Assembly (NCBI GenBank): GCA_964016885.1
Contig: OZ024751.1
Span: forward strand, 32,302,001 to 32,366,000
DNA from: Eledone cirrhosa
Lineage: Eukaryota
DNA length: 64,000 bases
Direction of reading: 5' to 3'
The stretch's first letter is position 1. The number at the start of each line of letters is the position of its first letter. Below, piece after piece: positions 1-25,325 of this stretch. The translations under genes and the position numbers were made by a program. A model generated the notes under the pieces. That model searched no databases. It was not told the DNA's origin and was given only the letters and a program-made list of their open reading frames with translations.

Positions 1-16
1 AACAAAAACCTTGTGA

Positions 17-151
<135 letters not shown>

Positions 152-238
152 TTCTCTCTCCTATCTTTTCACTCTTTGTCTGTATGTCTTCCATTCTCTC
201 ACTCTTTATTTATGCATACGTATATATATTTGTATGTG

Positions 239-277
<39 letters not shown>

Positions 278-311
278 ATATATATATATATATATGTACA
301 TATATATATAT

Positions 312-348
<37 letters not shown>

Positions 349-523
349 CATACATATACATGCGTGTTGGTGTGATGGTGTGTATATGATTAATTAGATT
401 TAGTTCCAAATTAACTTTACATTTGTTTATAAAAATGACGGATGAAAAAGTAATTCATTTCCAACACCTATTTAGCCTATTTAGAGATTAAGATTATATA
501 TCGTTCCACAAATATAGTTTGCA

Positions 524-11557
<11,034 letters not shown>

Positions 11558-12110
11558 AAGTATTGAAATTTCAGTTAGAAACAGAAAAGGTCATAGAAAT
11601 GAAGAGTGCTCTATGTCAGTATCAGAGCAAAATTTAATGTATAAAATCAATACAATATTATTACCTCATTACCAGAGGTTTCCCGAATGAGGCGAATACG
11701 AAATAAACGACTTCATTCGTTCCTCAGACGAGGCAATATAAAACATGGGCAAATACTTAGAAAAACATATCAAGAAAATCAAAAAAATATATAGATAAAT
11801 GAAATAGAAATTTAAATATATAAAAATCTATCAAGAAAAATAGTTAGGTGTGTGTATGTGTATGTATATACGCTCATAGATGTGCATATATGTATATGTG
11901 CACGTGTAAATGTATGGTTAGAAAGTGTGCGTAATTATAAAAATTTAGGGCAAATGTATCTATATGTCTGTATTATGCAGACGGAAATGGTTACTTCGTA
12001 AAAATAAGAAAATAAAGTCGCGCGCATAAAAACGCCTGGACACTCGTACATTTAGATGCGGAAAGAAAGGAGATGAAGAGAGTATAATAAATAAAAGAAA
12101 AGTATCTATT
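11558..12110 (-). mobile_element. Penelope-like pseudo-LTR / non-coding remnant
   Basis: Contains the hammerhead and the TAGAGCACTCT motif shared with other PLE-like ends in the window; abuts the (TA)n array. Right boundary approximate. Confidence 0.4.
11660..11737 (-). ncRNA. Type I hammerhead ribozyme motif (Penelope-like element associated)
   Basis: Minus strand reads ATTGCCTCGT-CTGAGGA-aCGAATGA...TCATTCGg-GAAA-CC TCT GG-TA-ATGAGGTAAT. This gives a 10-bp stem I, CUGANGA and GAAA cores, a 7-bp stem II (A.G mismatch at its base), a short stem III and a GUA cleavage triplet. Confidence 0.7.
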
Positions 12111-12542
12111 ACGATATATTTATAAAAATATAGTAACTATAAATTAGAAAGACAAGATAGAAAGAAAAAATTAAAGAAAACAAAAAAAGCGGGGGTACAT
12201 ACATACACAGACACGCGTGTCTCACAAAAGAAATATAAAAATAATTATGCTTATATACACACGCGCGCTTACACATCCATACGTTCGATACGTACATACA
12301 CACACACACACACACATACTTATACTCGCGCATATAAACCTGTTTGCATGCCCATGTATGAAACTGGGTAACAAAAGAGGGAAGGGGGGGGGAGAAGAAA
12401 AAAGAAAAAAGAAAAAAGAAGAAACAAAAAAATATAAAACCGAAATGTCAAAAACGCGGATATAAAGACACTTACACATACGCATAATATACACACACGC
12501 ACACACACAAACACCAGTACACACACGCATACATAAACGCAC

Positions 12543-12599
<57 letters not shown>

Positions 12600-12858
12600 C
12601 ATGCACGCACGCGCGCGCACATACGTAGTCACTCATGTACATATATAAAAAAATATACACACATTAAGGCGTTCAGCCACATTGAAATGTGGATAAATAA
12701 ATACAAATATAAAATTGTAAGATAGGCTGCGCAAAAATAAAATAAAAATAAAAATGAAAAATATATCTGGATTGAAAAACACAAAAGACAAGTATAATCA
12801 GTTAGTAGAGGAAAAAGGGAAGTAAAAGAAGGGGAAGTAAAAAATGGAAAATATATAT

Positions 12859-12931
<73 letters not shown>

Positions 12932-12939
12932 TATATGTA

Positions 12940-12970
<31 letters not shown>

Positions 12971-12980
12971 GTATATATAT

Positions 12981-14454
12981 CTTGCCAATCTGTGGCGGAA
13001 CTCACTGGATGCTGGATATGTGCCAGAAAACCTTCTATCCCAGTCTGTTGTCCCAGTTTTCAAAAAGGGAAACAAATCCCGTGCCGTGAATTACCGTCCA
13101 ATCTCACTCACCTCTCATATCATTAAGGTATTTGAGCGAGTGGTGAGATCGCGAATGACCCACTTCCTTGAGAGTAACAATATGCTGAACTCCAACCAGC
13201 ATGGATTCCGTAATGGAAGGGATTGCCTGACGCAACTACTGCATCACTTTGATGACATTTTGAGAGCCTTGGGAGAGGGTTCCAACACTGATGTTATCTA
13301 CCTTGATTTCAGCAAGGCCTTTGACAGGGTTGATCATAACATTCTACTGAGAAAGCTGTCCAATATTGGTGTCACTGGAAAGCTGCTGCAGTGGATCAAG
13401 AGCTTCCTGTCAAACAGAACCCAACATGTTGTAGTTGAGGGAGTCAAATCAAGCCCAGCCAAAGTCAGTAGTGGAGTCCCACAAGGCACTGTGTTGGGCC
13501 CACTTCTCTTCATCATCTATATTAATGACATCACTGACATCATCAAACACAGCAACATTAAAATTTTCGCTGATGATTCCAAGCTCCAAAAGGTCATCAA
13601 TGGCGTGGATGACCGGATAAGCCTTCAGTCAGACCTACTGGCTGTTACCCAATGGGCAGAAAAGAACAACATGTTACTGAACGAAGACAAATTCGAACTG
13701 ATCCACTTTGGAAAAGAGGATGCTCTGAAACTCCCGTACTCCCTTCCCTCCGGGGAAACTCTCGTGGCATCTAACAACATCAGAGACTTGGGAGTAACCG
13801 TGGACAGCAACATAAGCTGGACCACGCATATAAGCAGCAAAGTTGACATGGCCCGCAGAATGTGTTCCTGGATCCTCAGAACCTTCCAGTCGAGAGATTC
13901 CCGCACCATTATCCTTCTCTTCTCTACTTTCGCCCGACCACACCTTGAATACTGTTGTCCACTGTGGTCTCCCCACACGAAACAAAGTATCATGAAACTT
14001 GAAGCTCCTCAAAGGGCAATCACGAAAAAGATAGATGGCATGTCAGACCTTGACTACTGGGGTCGATTGGAAAACCTGAAACTTTACTCACTCCAACGTC
14101 GCCGTGAGCGTTATATTATCTGCATGATGTGGAAAATGTTCCATCATCACTGCCCAAATGATGTTGGCATCGCCTTCAAGATACACCCAAGGCTTGGGCC
14201 CCGTGCTATCCGTCCCATTCAAAAATCTAAATCGCAACTCATAACAACAATACGGCACAATTATTTCACCTCAATCGGCCCCTGCTCTCTTCAACATCAC
14301 ACCAGGACACGTCAAAACAGAAACTGACCACACAAAATTCAAGAAGTCTTTGGACAAATTCCTCCAAGTAATCCCGGACAAACCACCCACACCCGGATAT
14401 GTCTCCGCAAACAGTAATTCTCTTCTCGAATGGGCCATGGTGCCCAAATCCTGA
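12981..14454 (+). pseudogene. Partial LINE ORF2 reverse transcriptase, +1 frameshift at the C-run near 14279-14282
   Basis: Track ORF 12969..14327. Copy 2 has GGCCCTGC where this copy has GGCCCCTGC; removing the extra C extends the frame to TGA at 14452-14454 (...[10 protein letters not shown]). Confidence 0.88.
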
Positions 14455-14540
14455 ATTGAAAGACTTCGCCAGGTGGTGCTATTAAGTTAGACATGGCCTG
14501 GGCCAATACTGGCCAAAACATTTCAAAGTTATTCAAAGTT
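12981..14540 (+). mobile_element. 5'-truncated CR1-like non-LTR retrotransposon (copy 1)
   Basis: RT motifs [52 protein letters not shown]; 86-nt 3' UTR ending TTCAAAGTTATTCAAAGTT; both ends join (TA)n; ~99% identical to 62776-63643. Confidence 0.93.
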
Positions 14541-14588
14541 ATATATGTATATATATATATATATATATACATATATATATGTATATAT

Positions 14589-14640
<52 letters not shown>

Positions 14641-14778
14641 TATATGTATACATATATATATGTATATATATACATATATATATGTATATATATACATATA
14701 TATACATATATATATGTATACATATATATATGTATATATATATACATATATATATGTATATATATACATATATATATG

Positions 14779-14840
<62 letters not shown>

Positions 14841-14877
14841 CATACATATATATATATATACATACATATATATATAT

Positions 14878-14954
<77 letters not shown>

Positions 14955-14975
14955 TACATATGTATATATATATAC

Positions 14976-15006
<31 letters not shown>

Positions 15007-15070
15007 CATATGTATATATATATACATATATATATACATATATATATATATATACATATATATACATATG

Positions 15071-15104
<34 letters not shown>

Positions 15105-15188
15105 CATATGTATATATATATACATATGTATATATATATACATATATATATACATATGTATATATATATATATATATATATACATATG

Positions 15189-15240
<52 letters not shown>

Positions 15241-15257
15241 CATACATATATATATAT

Positions 15258-15290
<33 letters not shown>

Positions 15291-15295
15291 CATAC

Positions 15296-15362
<67 letters not shown>

Positions 15363-15367
15363 CATAT
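14541..15367. repeat. Imperfect (TA)n array with CATA/CATACA interruptions
   Basis: Directly visible, between two tail-to-tail LINEs. Confidence 0.95.
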
Positions 15368-15418
15368 ATGATGGCTGCCCCCTCGTTATCGAGTATGGCC
15401 ATTGCACAATAAAAAAAA

Positions 15419-15509
<91 letters not shown>

Positions 15510-15670
15510 GAAAAGATATATATATATACATATATATACACACATATATATACACATATATATATATACACACATATATACACACACACATACATACACA
15601 TACATACATATATACACACACACATACATACACATACACTCACACATATATACACACATACATTAATAAC

Positions 15671-15701
<31 letters not shown>

Positions 15702-15781
15702 GCAATAATAATAATAACGACAACAACAATAATAATATACATATTCATATATATATACACACCACACGCACGCACATAAGC

Positions 15782-15819
<38 letters not shown>

Positions 15820-17072
15820 GATAGCAACTAACAGTGCTGCGATCGAATGTGGCTTTTTAGCCCAGCCAATGATCTAAAATGTCTTGCACAGAGTCGGCAA
15901 CCAAAACATTTACTGGGAATAGTCGGCTGTGGTTGGAGTTCGTGTACTTTTGCATGTCGCTTGAGTCCTCCTGCTGATTTACATTCTCTACCACATGTTT
16001 GGCAAGCATGATGAGTAGCATCTCCAACAGCAGCCTGGTAGTCAACCACTGGTCTTACTTTATGACTGCGAAGATGACTTTCGAGTCCAGCTTTGCTTAG
16101 GCAGAGTCTCGCACAGACGCTGCATGTCAGAAACATAGGAGGACCCTCGCCGTCTGGAAGTGCAACAGCAATACCCTTCCTCACGTCCCGCTTTACTTTC
16201 TCGTGTGCGATTCGAGATGCCTCAAAGGCAACTTTTCCCTCATATACAGTCTTTCTCCATTTATTACGATCAGCAGCAATATTTTCCCATGTATCAGCAG
16301 AGATGTTAGCGTCTTTCAGAGAGGCCTTCAAGGAATCCTTATACCTCTTTTTTGGTTTATGTGGCGGTCGTTTTCCTTTAACCAACTCTCCATAGAAGAG
16401 TTGTTTTGGTATTCTAGAATCCTTCATCCTGGCAAGGTGACCACTCCAACGGAGTCGCTGCTTAAGCACAAGAGCTTCTATACTGTCACACATAGAGCTT
16501 TCCAAAATCTCGACATCACTGATGTGGTCCCTCCAGTGAACGCCATGTATCCGTCTGAGACACATCTGATGGAAACGCTCCAATTGCTTAAGGTGGCGTC
16601 GATATGTGACCCAGGTCTCGCAGGCATAAAGAAGACAAGAGAGTACACATGCCCTGTACACCTTTACCTTTGTCCTCCTGCATATGTCCCGCCGACCCCA
16701 GAGTCGCCTTTCTAGCTTTCCGAAAGCATCACTTGCTTTCCTAATCCTAAGTGAGATTTCACTGTCAAGGTTGCCGTATCGATTGACAGTGCTTCCCAGG
16801 TAGACAAACTGATCAACCACTCCAAGTCGTTTGCCATACACATAGATGTTTGGTTCAGTGTACTGCCTACCAGGTGCAGGTTGGTACATGACGACGGTTT
16901 TCTTGAGACTGACAGTCAAACCCAGGGCAGTGCAAGCGTCAGAAAATACATTCAAAATGTGCTGCATATCACTCTCTGTGTGCGCTACAAGATCGCAATC
17001 ATCTGCATACAAGAGGTCTCTTATGACTGATGTAAATACTTTTGTCTTCGCAGCAAAGCGCCTGATGTTAAA
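15368..17072 (-). mobile_element. 5'-truncated RTE-clade LINE with microsatellite-filled 3' UTR
   Basis: ORF motifs [64 protein letters not shown] are typical of RTE/BovB. The 3' terminal stem-loop at 15368-15400 matches the 3' end of 31692-32236 at 28/33 positions. Confidence 0.88.
15828..17072 (-). CDS. C-terminal 414 aa of RTE reverse transcriptase with three C2H2 zinc fingers (open, 5'-truncated)
   Basis: Non-repeat part of track ORF 15828..17768. Fingers: [64 protein letters not shown]. Confidence 0.85.
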   Translation of the reverse strand, partial: FNIRRFAAKTKVFTSVIRDLLYADDCDLVAHTESDMQHILNVFSDACTALGLTVSLKKTVVMYQPAPGRQYTEPNIYVYGKRLGVVDQFVYLGSTVNRYGNLDSEISLRIRKASDAFGKLERRLWGRRDICRRTKVKVYRACVLSCLLYACETWVTYRRHLKQLERFHQMCLRRIHGVHWRDHISDVEILESSMCDSIEALVLKQRLRWSGHLARMKDSRIPKQLFYGELVKGKRPPHKPKKRYKDSLKASLKDANISADTWENIAADRNKWRKTVYEGKVAFEASRIAHEKVKRDVRKGIAVALPDGEGPPMFLTCSVCARLCLSKAGLESHLRSHKVRPVVDYQAAVGDATHHACQTCGRECKSAGGLKRHAKVHELQPQPTIPSKCFGCRLCARHFRSLAGLKSHIRSQHC

Positions 17073-17159
17073 TATATATATATATATATACATACATACA
17101 TATATATATATATACATACATATATATATATATACATACATATATATATATATACATAC

Positions 17160-17196
<37 letters not shown>

Positions 17197-17624
17197 CATA
17201 CATATATATATATACATACATATATATATATATACATACATATATATATATATATACATACATATATATATATACATATATATATATACATATATATACA
17301 TACATATATATATATATATATACATACATATATATATATATATATATACATACATATATATATATATATATACATACATATATATATATATATATACATA
17401 CATATATATATATATATATACATACATATATATATATATATATACATACATATATATATATATACATACATATATATATATATACATACATATATATATA
17501 TATATATACATACATACATATATATATATATATACATACATATATATATATATATACATACATATATATATATATATACATACATATATATATATACATA
17601 CATATATATATATATATACATACA

Positions 17625-17656
<32 letters not shown>

Positions 17657-17745
17657 CATACATACATATATATATATACATACATATATATATATATATA
17701 TGTATATACATATATATATATATATATGTATATATATACACACAC
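17073..17745. repeat. (TA)n array with CATACA units
   Basis: Directly visible; same unit as the other RTE flank. Confidence 0.95.
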
Positions 17746-17850
17746 ACATATACGCCGTTTTGACTCATTAAAATTAAATGACGCTAATTAACCGCCTGAG
17801 AAAATATTAAAACACGCAATCACACCTCTACATACACCACCGCACTTTCA

Positions 17851-17966
<116 letters not shown>

Positions 17967-17967
17967 A

Positions 17968-18025
<58 letters not shown>

Positions 18026-18400
18026 GATGCTCGTATTGCAACGTCTTTTCTATTCGGAACATTTCATCTGAAATTAGGTGACAATCTTTCTCTAATCTTA
18101 TCAATCTGTGGGACCCAGTATCAAGTACTTAATTAACTTGTAATAAACACTTTGCCGTTGAACATCTGTCACAGCTTCCCTCTCCTCATTCTCCTCTACT
18201 TCATTTATGTGTGTGTGTGTGTGTGTGTGTGAGTGTGTGTGTGTGTGTGTGTGTTCGTTAGAAGTTTATTCGTTAATGACCAGGTCTCAGTAGATTTTTG
18301 AAATCAGAAGAAACACGCGAAGAGTGACTATGACGGCTTTTGTGTTCCTTAAATTGCTGAAAGTACTCCTCCACTTTATAATAGCTATCTATTATATTTA

Positions 18401-18519
<119 letters not shown>

Positions 18520-18606
18520 TGTGTGTGTGTATCTCTATATATATATATAACGAAGGAAATAGCCGTCGAAACGTCGGGTCAAACATTTTCCTATATATAT
18601 ATATTT

Positions 18607-18639
<33 letters not shown>

Positions 18640-18668
18640 GTAGATAAATCTACCAAGAGTTTACGGTA

Positions 18669-18725
<57 letters not shown>

Positions 18726-18849
18726 AAAGGTTAACGGAAACAAGAAAGGAAAAGATACAATACAACCAAGAGATATATTAGTTTAAAGCTTGATATAGTA
18801 GAAAAAGAACCTTTACATTTCGGACACAAGTCTGGCATCATAAGATAGA

Positions 18850-19012
18850 ATGGTTTCTTATATAGGCACAAGGCCAGTAATTTGGGGGGAGGGGAAGTCG
18901 ATTAAATCGACTTCTGTACGTTCGTTACTGGTGCTTTATTTTATCGACCCCGTAAGGATGAAAGACAAAGTTAACCTCGGCGGGATTTGAAATCAGATCA
19001 TAAAGGGCCATA
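18850..19012 (-). mobile_element. tRNA-derived SINE (cephalopod-type), partial
   Basis: Shares the core TTCAAATCCCGCCGAGGTTAACTTTG.CTTTCATCCTTACGGGGTCGATAAAATAAAG with other copies in the window. Confidence 0.8.
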
Positions 19013-19152
19013 CTAATAATAGATCTCGGTAGATAATGGATGATTTCAACAAGATGGAGAAACGAATTGTGTATTGGTCCTGAGTGTAGTGCAAGGATCG
19101 GTGGAGGAAGAATTTGAGGTATAGTACAACTCAATCCTCTACTACGGCCAAT

Positions 19153-19680
19153 ACCACCACCATCACAATCACCATCATCACCACCATCACCACCATCACC
19201 ATCATCACGACCAGCACCACGACCAGTACAACCACCATAACAACAACAAAGACACCATTTCGCCACACCACTCTGCCACCACCACCACAACAACAACAAC
19301 AACAAAAACAAAGACACCATTCCGCCACAGTACACCCTCCTCCACCACCACCACCGCCGCCGCCACCACCACCACCACCACCACCACAACAACAACAACT
19401 AAAACAAAGACACCATTCCGCCACACCACACCACTCCACCGCCACCACCACCACCACCACAACAACAAAAACAATGACACCATTCCGCCACAGCACACCC
19501 TCCTCCACCACCACCACCACCGCCGCCGCCACCACCACCACCACAACAACAACAACAAAAACAATGACACCATTCCGCCACACCACTCCGCCACTGCCGC
19601 CGCCACCACCACCACCACCACCACCACCACAACAACAACAACAACAAAGTGACCATTCCGCCACACCACACCATTACACC
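19153..19680. repeat. Compound (ACC)n/(AAC)n minisatellite with recurring ACCATTCCGCCACA spacer
   Basis: Spacer recurs about 6 times (~19250, 19312, 19408, 19475, 19565, 19651). Confidence 0.85.
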
Positions 19681-20592
19681 ATTACCTGTTATTTATTAAG
19701 GCACTTAATAGCCGGAAGTGTTTCTTTTGTAAACAGGCGCCAACAAATATTTAAACTTTACTTAGTCCAAATCAAACATTGGTCCTACCTCAACCCCCCA
19801 TACCTTTCATATCTTACCTTTATTATAGATTGGACAGGTTTTAGAAGTAAACAGGTTGTCATACAAACACAACACTTCTTTAGACCTAATCTAGGGAAGC
19901 CCGCACCTCACAGACCCAAAAAATCTTTATCATCAATACAAACACCATTATAATCCTTACTACTACCACCATCACTACTGCCACCACGACCACTACCATC
20001 ACTACTGCCACCACCACTACCATCATCACCACCACCAGCACCATCACTACTGCCACCATCATCACTACTGCCACCACCACAATACATAAATATCACAACT
20101 TCTACCACTGCTACTACCACCATCATCTCCGCCACCACAACCCCCATTACAGCCATATAAATACGGCTACCATTAGAAAACACTCGCAGCCCCCACTTTT
20201 ACCACCATTAATCCAATATTACCACTACTGCCACCACCACTATCACTAACACAATCGCCGCCGTCACACTCACCACCAACACCACCACCCTAAACCATCC
20301 ACTAATATACCCCCTTATGCCCTATATAACACAACAAATTAACCTATCTTTACTTTATAAACGAAGAAAACCTTTTCCCTAACTTTTAAACAGTCTTAAT
20401 GTGTTTGTTTAGAATACTGTGTTTAGTAAAGCAGTAAAGTAGCAGAAATCTTTTGTTTCAGGTTACAGATATATCCGGGGTGGACTGGGGAATGGAAGAC
20501 ATGGGTTGGGTGGAGAGTATTTTGTAGAGACAACTCAATGGGTGAGAGCTTACTTTTAGTGTTTGTTTCCGACGACTCAAGTGAGCTGAGAT

Positions 20593-20638
<46 letters not shown>

Positions 20639-20653
20639 CATATATAAATATAT

Positions 20654-20698
<45 letters not shown>

Positions 20699-20702
<4 letters not shown>

Positions 20703-21915
20703 AAGGAAAAGCGAAGTAGTTTCAGATGTTCAAGTCCTTTAATAATAATGCTGTGATATATATTTCAGTGACGACACTGGCCACACTGTTTTGTGTGCGA
20801 GTGTCGTGTCATCATCAGACAGCTTGTTACATAATAAGGTTATGTTTCCGAGGCAATCCAAATTGGATCGACATGGGAACGGATGAATTTCGTGTTTTGG
20901 GGTTTTTCATCCGCTCCCTTGTGAGTATCAATTCACCCCCACCGGCCTGCGCAAGCGCATGTCCGAAGGAAGTTGACCATTAGCCACCGCAGATTTCAAC
21001 GAAATTCGCTTAGTCAGTTCACCCTCTCAGCCAAAACAATGGCCCACCAATGCCTGTACCATATTTTACTGCTACCCATCACGGCTGTGACAGTCAGCCG
21101 AGGGCCAGAGGGCATGGGAGAGTGTTAGTTTTTACAGGTCATAATACTACCGCTCACTAAGCGTTGACGGTACGACTGACCATCACCTTATAAGGGAAAA
21201 TAAACTTAATTCTAGGTATCATGGTTTTACGTTGGAAGTTAAGAGTGAGAGTTGGAAATAAAAATTAAAATCCTAAATGAAATATCAGAAATTATAAATT
21301 GAACAATTAAGAAATTAACAATTAGAAATTAAAGAATTAAAAAAAAAAAAGTTCTTTTCAGGTGATAATTCGGATTGAGGTGAGTAAAAATATAGACTGA
21401 AGTGAGTAAATAATATGGAGAGAGATGTTTAAGTAATATGTTCTGAGAGGCATTCCAGTGTCACAGTTACTCTATCCACATATTGAACGACAATGCCGTA
21501 CATTATAACTGAGGGCAAACTACAGGGCTCTAGGCATTAGTCAATCTGGTACACAGTCATAATTGCCATCACATGGAACAAAATCAAAGAAAAACAAACA
21601 TAAAGTACACAAAAGAAAAGAACAGAACCAATAGTGAATAAATGCAAAAACACAGAGTAGATATATGCAAAATGATCCATATGATTGTCCATCTGTCCAT
21701 GTATAGATTGAATTGAGGGGACTTCTGTTCAAATGCGATTTGGTGCAGGAAAATCCTATTATTTGTTTCCGCGTATTTATCCTGCTGAAAGGATAAATAT
21801 TAAAGGACTTGAACATCTGAAACTACTTCGCTTTTCCTTATTCGATATTTACTCCGTCACTCCTATGTGGAAAAAGTACGTTGAGTGCTTGAATTGAATT
21901 GCATCAATATTTACC

Positions 21916-21917
<2 letters not shown>
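20699..21917. mobile_element. Composite Penelope-like non-coding insertion with 46-bp inverted terminal segment
   Basis: 20699-20744 is the reverse complement of ~21798-21844; contains a hammerhead and the TTGAGTGCTT motif; both flanks carry the same ACACCATATATAAATATATACAC-interrupted (TA)n array. Confidence 0.6.
20750..20823 (-). ncRNA. Type I hammerhead ribozyme motif
   Basis: Minus strand reads GCTGT-CTGATGA-tgacACGACACT...AGTGTCGTcact-GAAA-TATATA-TC-ACAGC. Stem I is 5 bp, stem III is palindromic, the triplet is AUC, and the base of stem II is imperfect. Confidence 0.65.
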
Positions 21918-21970
<53 letters not shown>

Positions 21971-22024
21971 CATATATAAATATATACACCATATATAAAT
22001 ATATACACCATATATAAATATATG

Positions 22025-22065
<41 letters not shown>

Positions 22066-22199
22066 CATATATAAATATATGCCTATATATATATATATAT
22101 ATACACCATATATAAATATATGCCTATATATATATATATATACACACACCATATATAAATATATGCCTATATATATATATATATAAATAAATATACACC

Positions 22200-22279
<80 letters not shown>

Positions 22280-23681
22280 GTATTCTCTTCGTTAGTAGCT
22301 CTTTGAACACTCTGTATTTAATACATTGCATTTTAAGAATCGTCTAATCTAGAAGATGGGAATCTGCCGCTCTTTAGCTCTTTAGACTACCTCAAGTGGG
22401 TCTTAGGAGCTCTGAAATTGAAAAAAATAAATCTGTTAAGTCTGGAAGTGGATTTAATTGTTTATTTCTTGTAGTAGCTGATAGTGGTTTGAGTCGGCAA
22501 AAATTAATCCAAATTTGACCACAAAAAATTTCTGTGAGTTGATTTATCGTGAGGAATGGAATATTCTAACTTTTTTTATTTTTTTATATAAGTCTTCTTT
22601 TTTAATGAAAGAGTGAGAGGGAACGAGAGGGGAAGAGAGAATATCAGGGTGGTGGGGGTGTCATAGAATTCGTGAAGTTACAAATGATGAAAAGAATCAG
22701 GTAAACAAGTGATGTTGAGAGATTTGATTAAGTAGCGTGAGAGCTGAACGATGAGGGAGGACGTGAAGTGTAATGGAGTGTTGGTAGAGTTTTGTAACAA
22801 AATCCAGAAACATTGTAATTAAAGAAATGTGAGTGGTGGTTGAGATCCAATAAATAATTCGTGTGTGGTGTTCAACTCTTTACAAGAGTGAACCCTAATT
22901 TAAGATATCCAGGACGGCAACAAAAAACAAGCATATAGAGTGTTAGTAAAATAATATTTCTCTTTAACCTACTATTCAATACTTTTTGGGGTTCGCATCA
23001 GTCTTGGAATTTATATTTGTGTTGCAAGAGTAGTGCAGACGTAAGATTAAAGACGGCCCAGTCATGACCATCTCATCTAATCTCATCCCATCTTTTATTC
23101 AAAAATGGTACATGTTGAATCATGTTATTCAGTGTTTCCTATTTCTTAAGACAGCAAAGCCACGATTTGTGGTAGAATTTGCCTGCTATTTCTAGTAGTT
23201 ACAGCGGCCACATACTGACTCCATCGTTGGGTCACCATTTGTATTTAAAGAGAAGTGATGTGGAAGGTGGGCGGGTATATGTTTAACATTAACACTCTGC
23301 AATATCACAGGTAGTCCCATCCACAATAAATGTGTTTCTGGTTATAAATCCCAACAAATAATTATCTGGTCAAGGATGTTAATTTATGAGTCAACAGATG
23401 GTTTGTATGGTAACCATGTTTTTAAAGGTTCAGAAAAACACGAGGTTTTAGATTGATGTTATAAGCGGTCATGGAAGGAAGGTTATGGGATGGAAGGATG
23501 TGGGAAGAGCATTGAAGAGAACGGCGTGGGATGGAATGGTGTGGGATAGGAGGCTGTGGGAGAGAACGATATAATTCAATGTGATAGTAGCAGATTGTAA
23601 TGACAGTATTAATGTGAGTGGAAGAGAAAAAGGGCGAGAAGGATAACCTGTATATATATATACATACGTATATATACATAC

Positions 23682-23727
<46 letters not shown>

Positions 23728-23771
23728 GAATATAAATTTATATGTATATATGTATGTATGTATATATATAA

Positions 23772-23881
<110 letters not shown>

Positions 23882-24123
23882 ATAATATGTATATATATAC
23901 ATGTATGTATGTAAATATATCTACCGCACACACACACACATATATATATACCTTAGGAAAGTCTTCCATATTTTTATTGTTCCACTTGCTTTCATTCGAG
24001 TTATGCTTCGTAGGGTTAATTTATTTCCTTTTCAGTCTAAATACGAGAAAGATATTACAACTGATAGGTGTCAATCAACACTAATTTAAACTGATGTCAC
24101 ACACTAATTACACTAATGGTTAA

Positions 24124-24192
<69 letters not shown>

Positions 24193-24337
24193 GCGAAGAG
24201 AGTATGGTAAGGAACAAGGTGGACCATAATGCACCAGAGTACTCAATACTTAGGGTAGTAGAGTGGGTAATAGGAAAAGAGTCAGGACCCCGACGGCTGA
24301 GCTCCGGCCGTTTTGACAGCTAGATCCGAACTCTTTT

Positions 24338-24341
<4 letters not shown>
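24193..24341 (-). mobile_element. Short dispersed repeat (PLE-like end), copy A
   Basis: Reverse complement of 28385-28500 over more than 100 bp (CCTATTACCCACTCTACTACCCTAAGTATTGAGTACTCTGGTGC); flanked by (TA)n. Confidence 0.7.
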
Positions 24342-24384
<43 letters not shown>

Positions 24385-24479
24385 AGGAAAAGAGTTATAT
24401 ATATATATATATATATACGTATATATATATATATATATATGATATTAACAAATGGAAACTATATTTATAAAACCATATT

Positions 24480-24544
24480 TATTTCATTATACATATTTCA
24501 AGGACACCAAGTTAAATTATGGTGTGCTTTCATCAGATAAAATA
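24480..24544 (-). ncRNA. Type I hammerhead ribozyme, intact core
   Basis: TATTTTAT-CTGATGA-AAGcACACCA(taatttaact)TGGTGTcCTT-GAAA-TATGTA-TA-ATGAAATA. Confidence 0.75.
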
Positions 24545-25325
24545 TAATATAGAGCAGTTTTATAAATAAATATTGACATACCCTTAAAGAATGCAACCAT
24601 TACTTTTGGAAGCTCCCGGATAGTGGAGTTATATCTTTAATTATACTATTAGGTAAGTTAGTATTGGATATTTTTAAAATAAGCCGTTGGATTACGGAGA
24701 AAGAGAAAGAGAGAGATAGAGCAGAACAACAGACAGAAAAAAAAGAGAGAGAGAGGAGAAAGAGAAAGGAGAGAGAGCGAAAACTCTAAGTCATATCTTG
24801 TTGAGTTATCTTAACATTTGAGATGAAATGAATAAATAAAATTAGAAATGTTAATAATCATGAATGGAAGATACATATATAATATGAGAAATTTAACCAT
24901 TGTTTAAATATGATTAAATGTTTAGTTAATCAGTTAAAATATTGAGATCAATACATTAAAAATTGATATCTATATTAAGAAATCTATATATTATTATTAA
25001 GACTATATTATTAAAAATCTATATATTATATAACACACATACACTCGCGAAAATACATACATATAAATATATATACACACTTATAAAAATATATATACAT
25101 ATCTAACTACGTATATAATATATACTTTTTTTTCTCTCTGTTGTTCTGCTCTATCTCTCGCTTTCTCTTTCTCCGTAACCCAACGGCTTATTTTAAAAAT
25201 ATCCAATACTAACTTACCTAATAGTATAATTAAAGATATAACTCCACTATCCGGGAGCTTCCAAAAGTAATGGTTGCATTCTTTAAGGGTATGTCAATAT
25301 TTATTTATAAAACTGCTCTATATTA

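Noticed and set aside
13334-14012. Antisense and alternate-frame ORFs over the LINEs (also 16093-16715 and 63303-63641)
   Set aside because: Shadow ORFs of the RT coding frame.
19114-19953. Pro/Thr/Gln-rich 279-aa ORF (also the His/Pro-rich ORFs at 55975-56590 and 59805-60546)
   Set aside because: Trinucleotide repeats open in multiple frames; one runs through a SINE.
21782-21830. Hammerhead-like CTGCTGA...GAAAC
   Set aside because: Core mutated and no convincing stem I or III.
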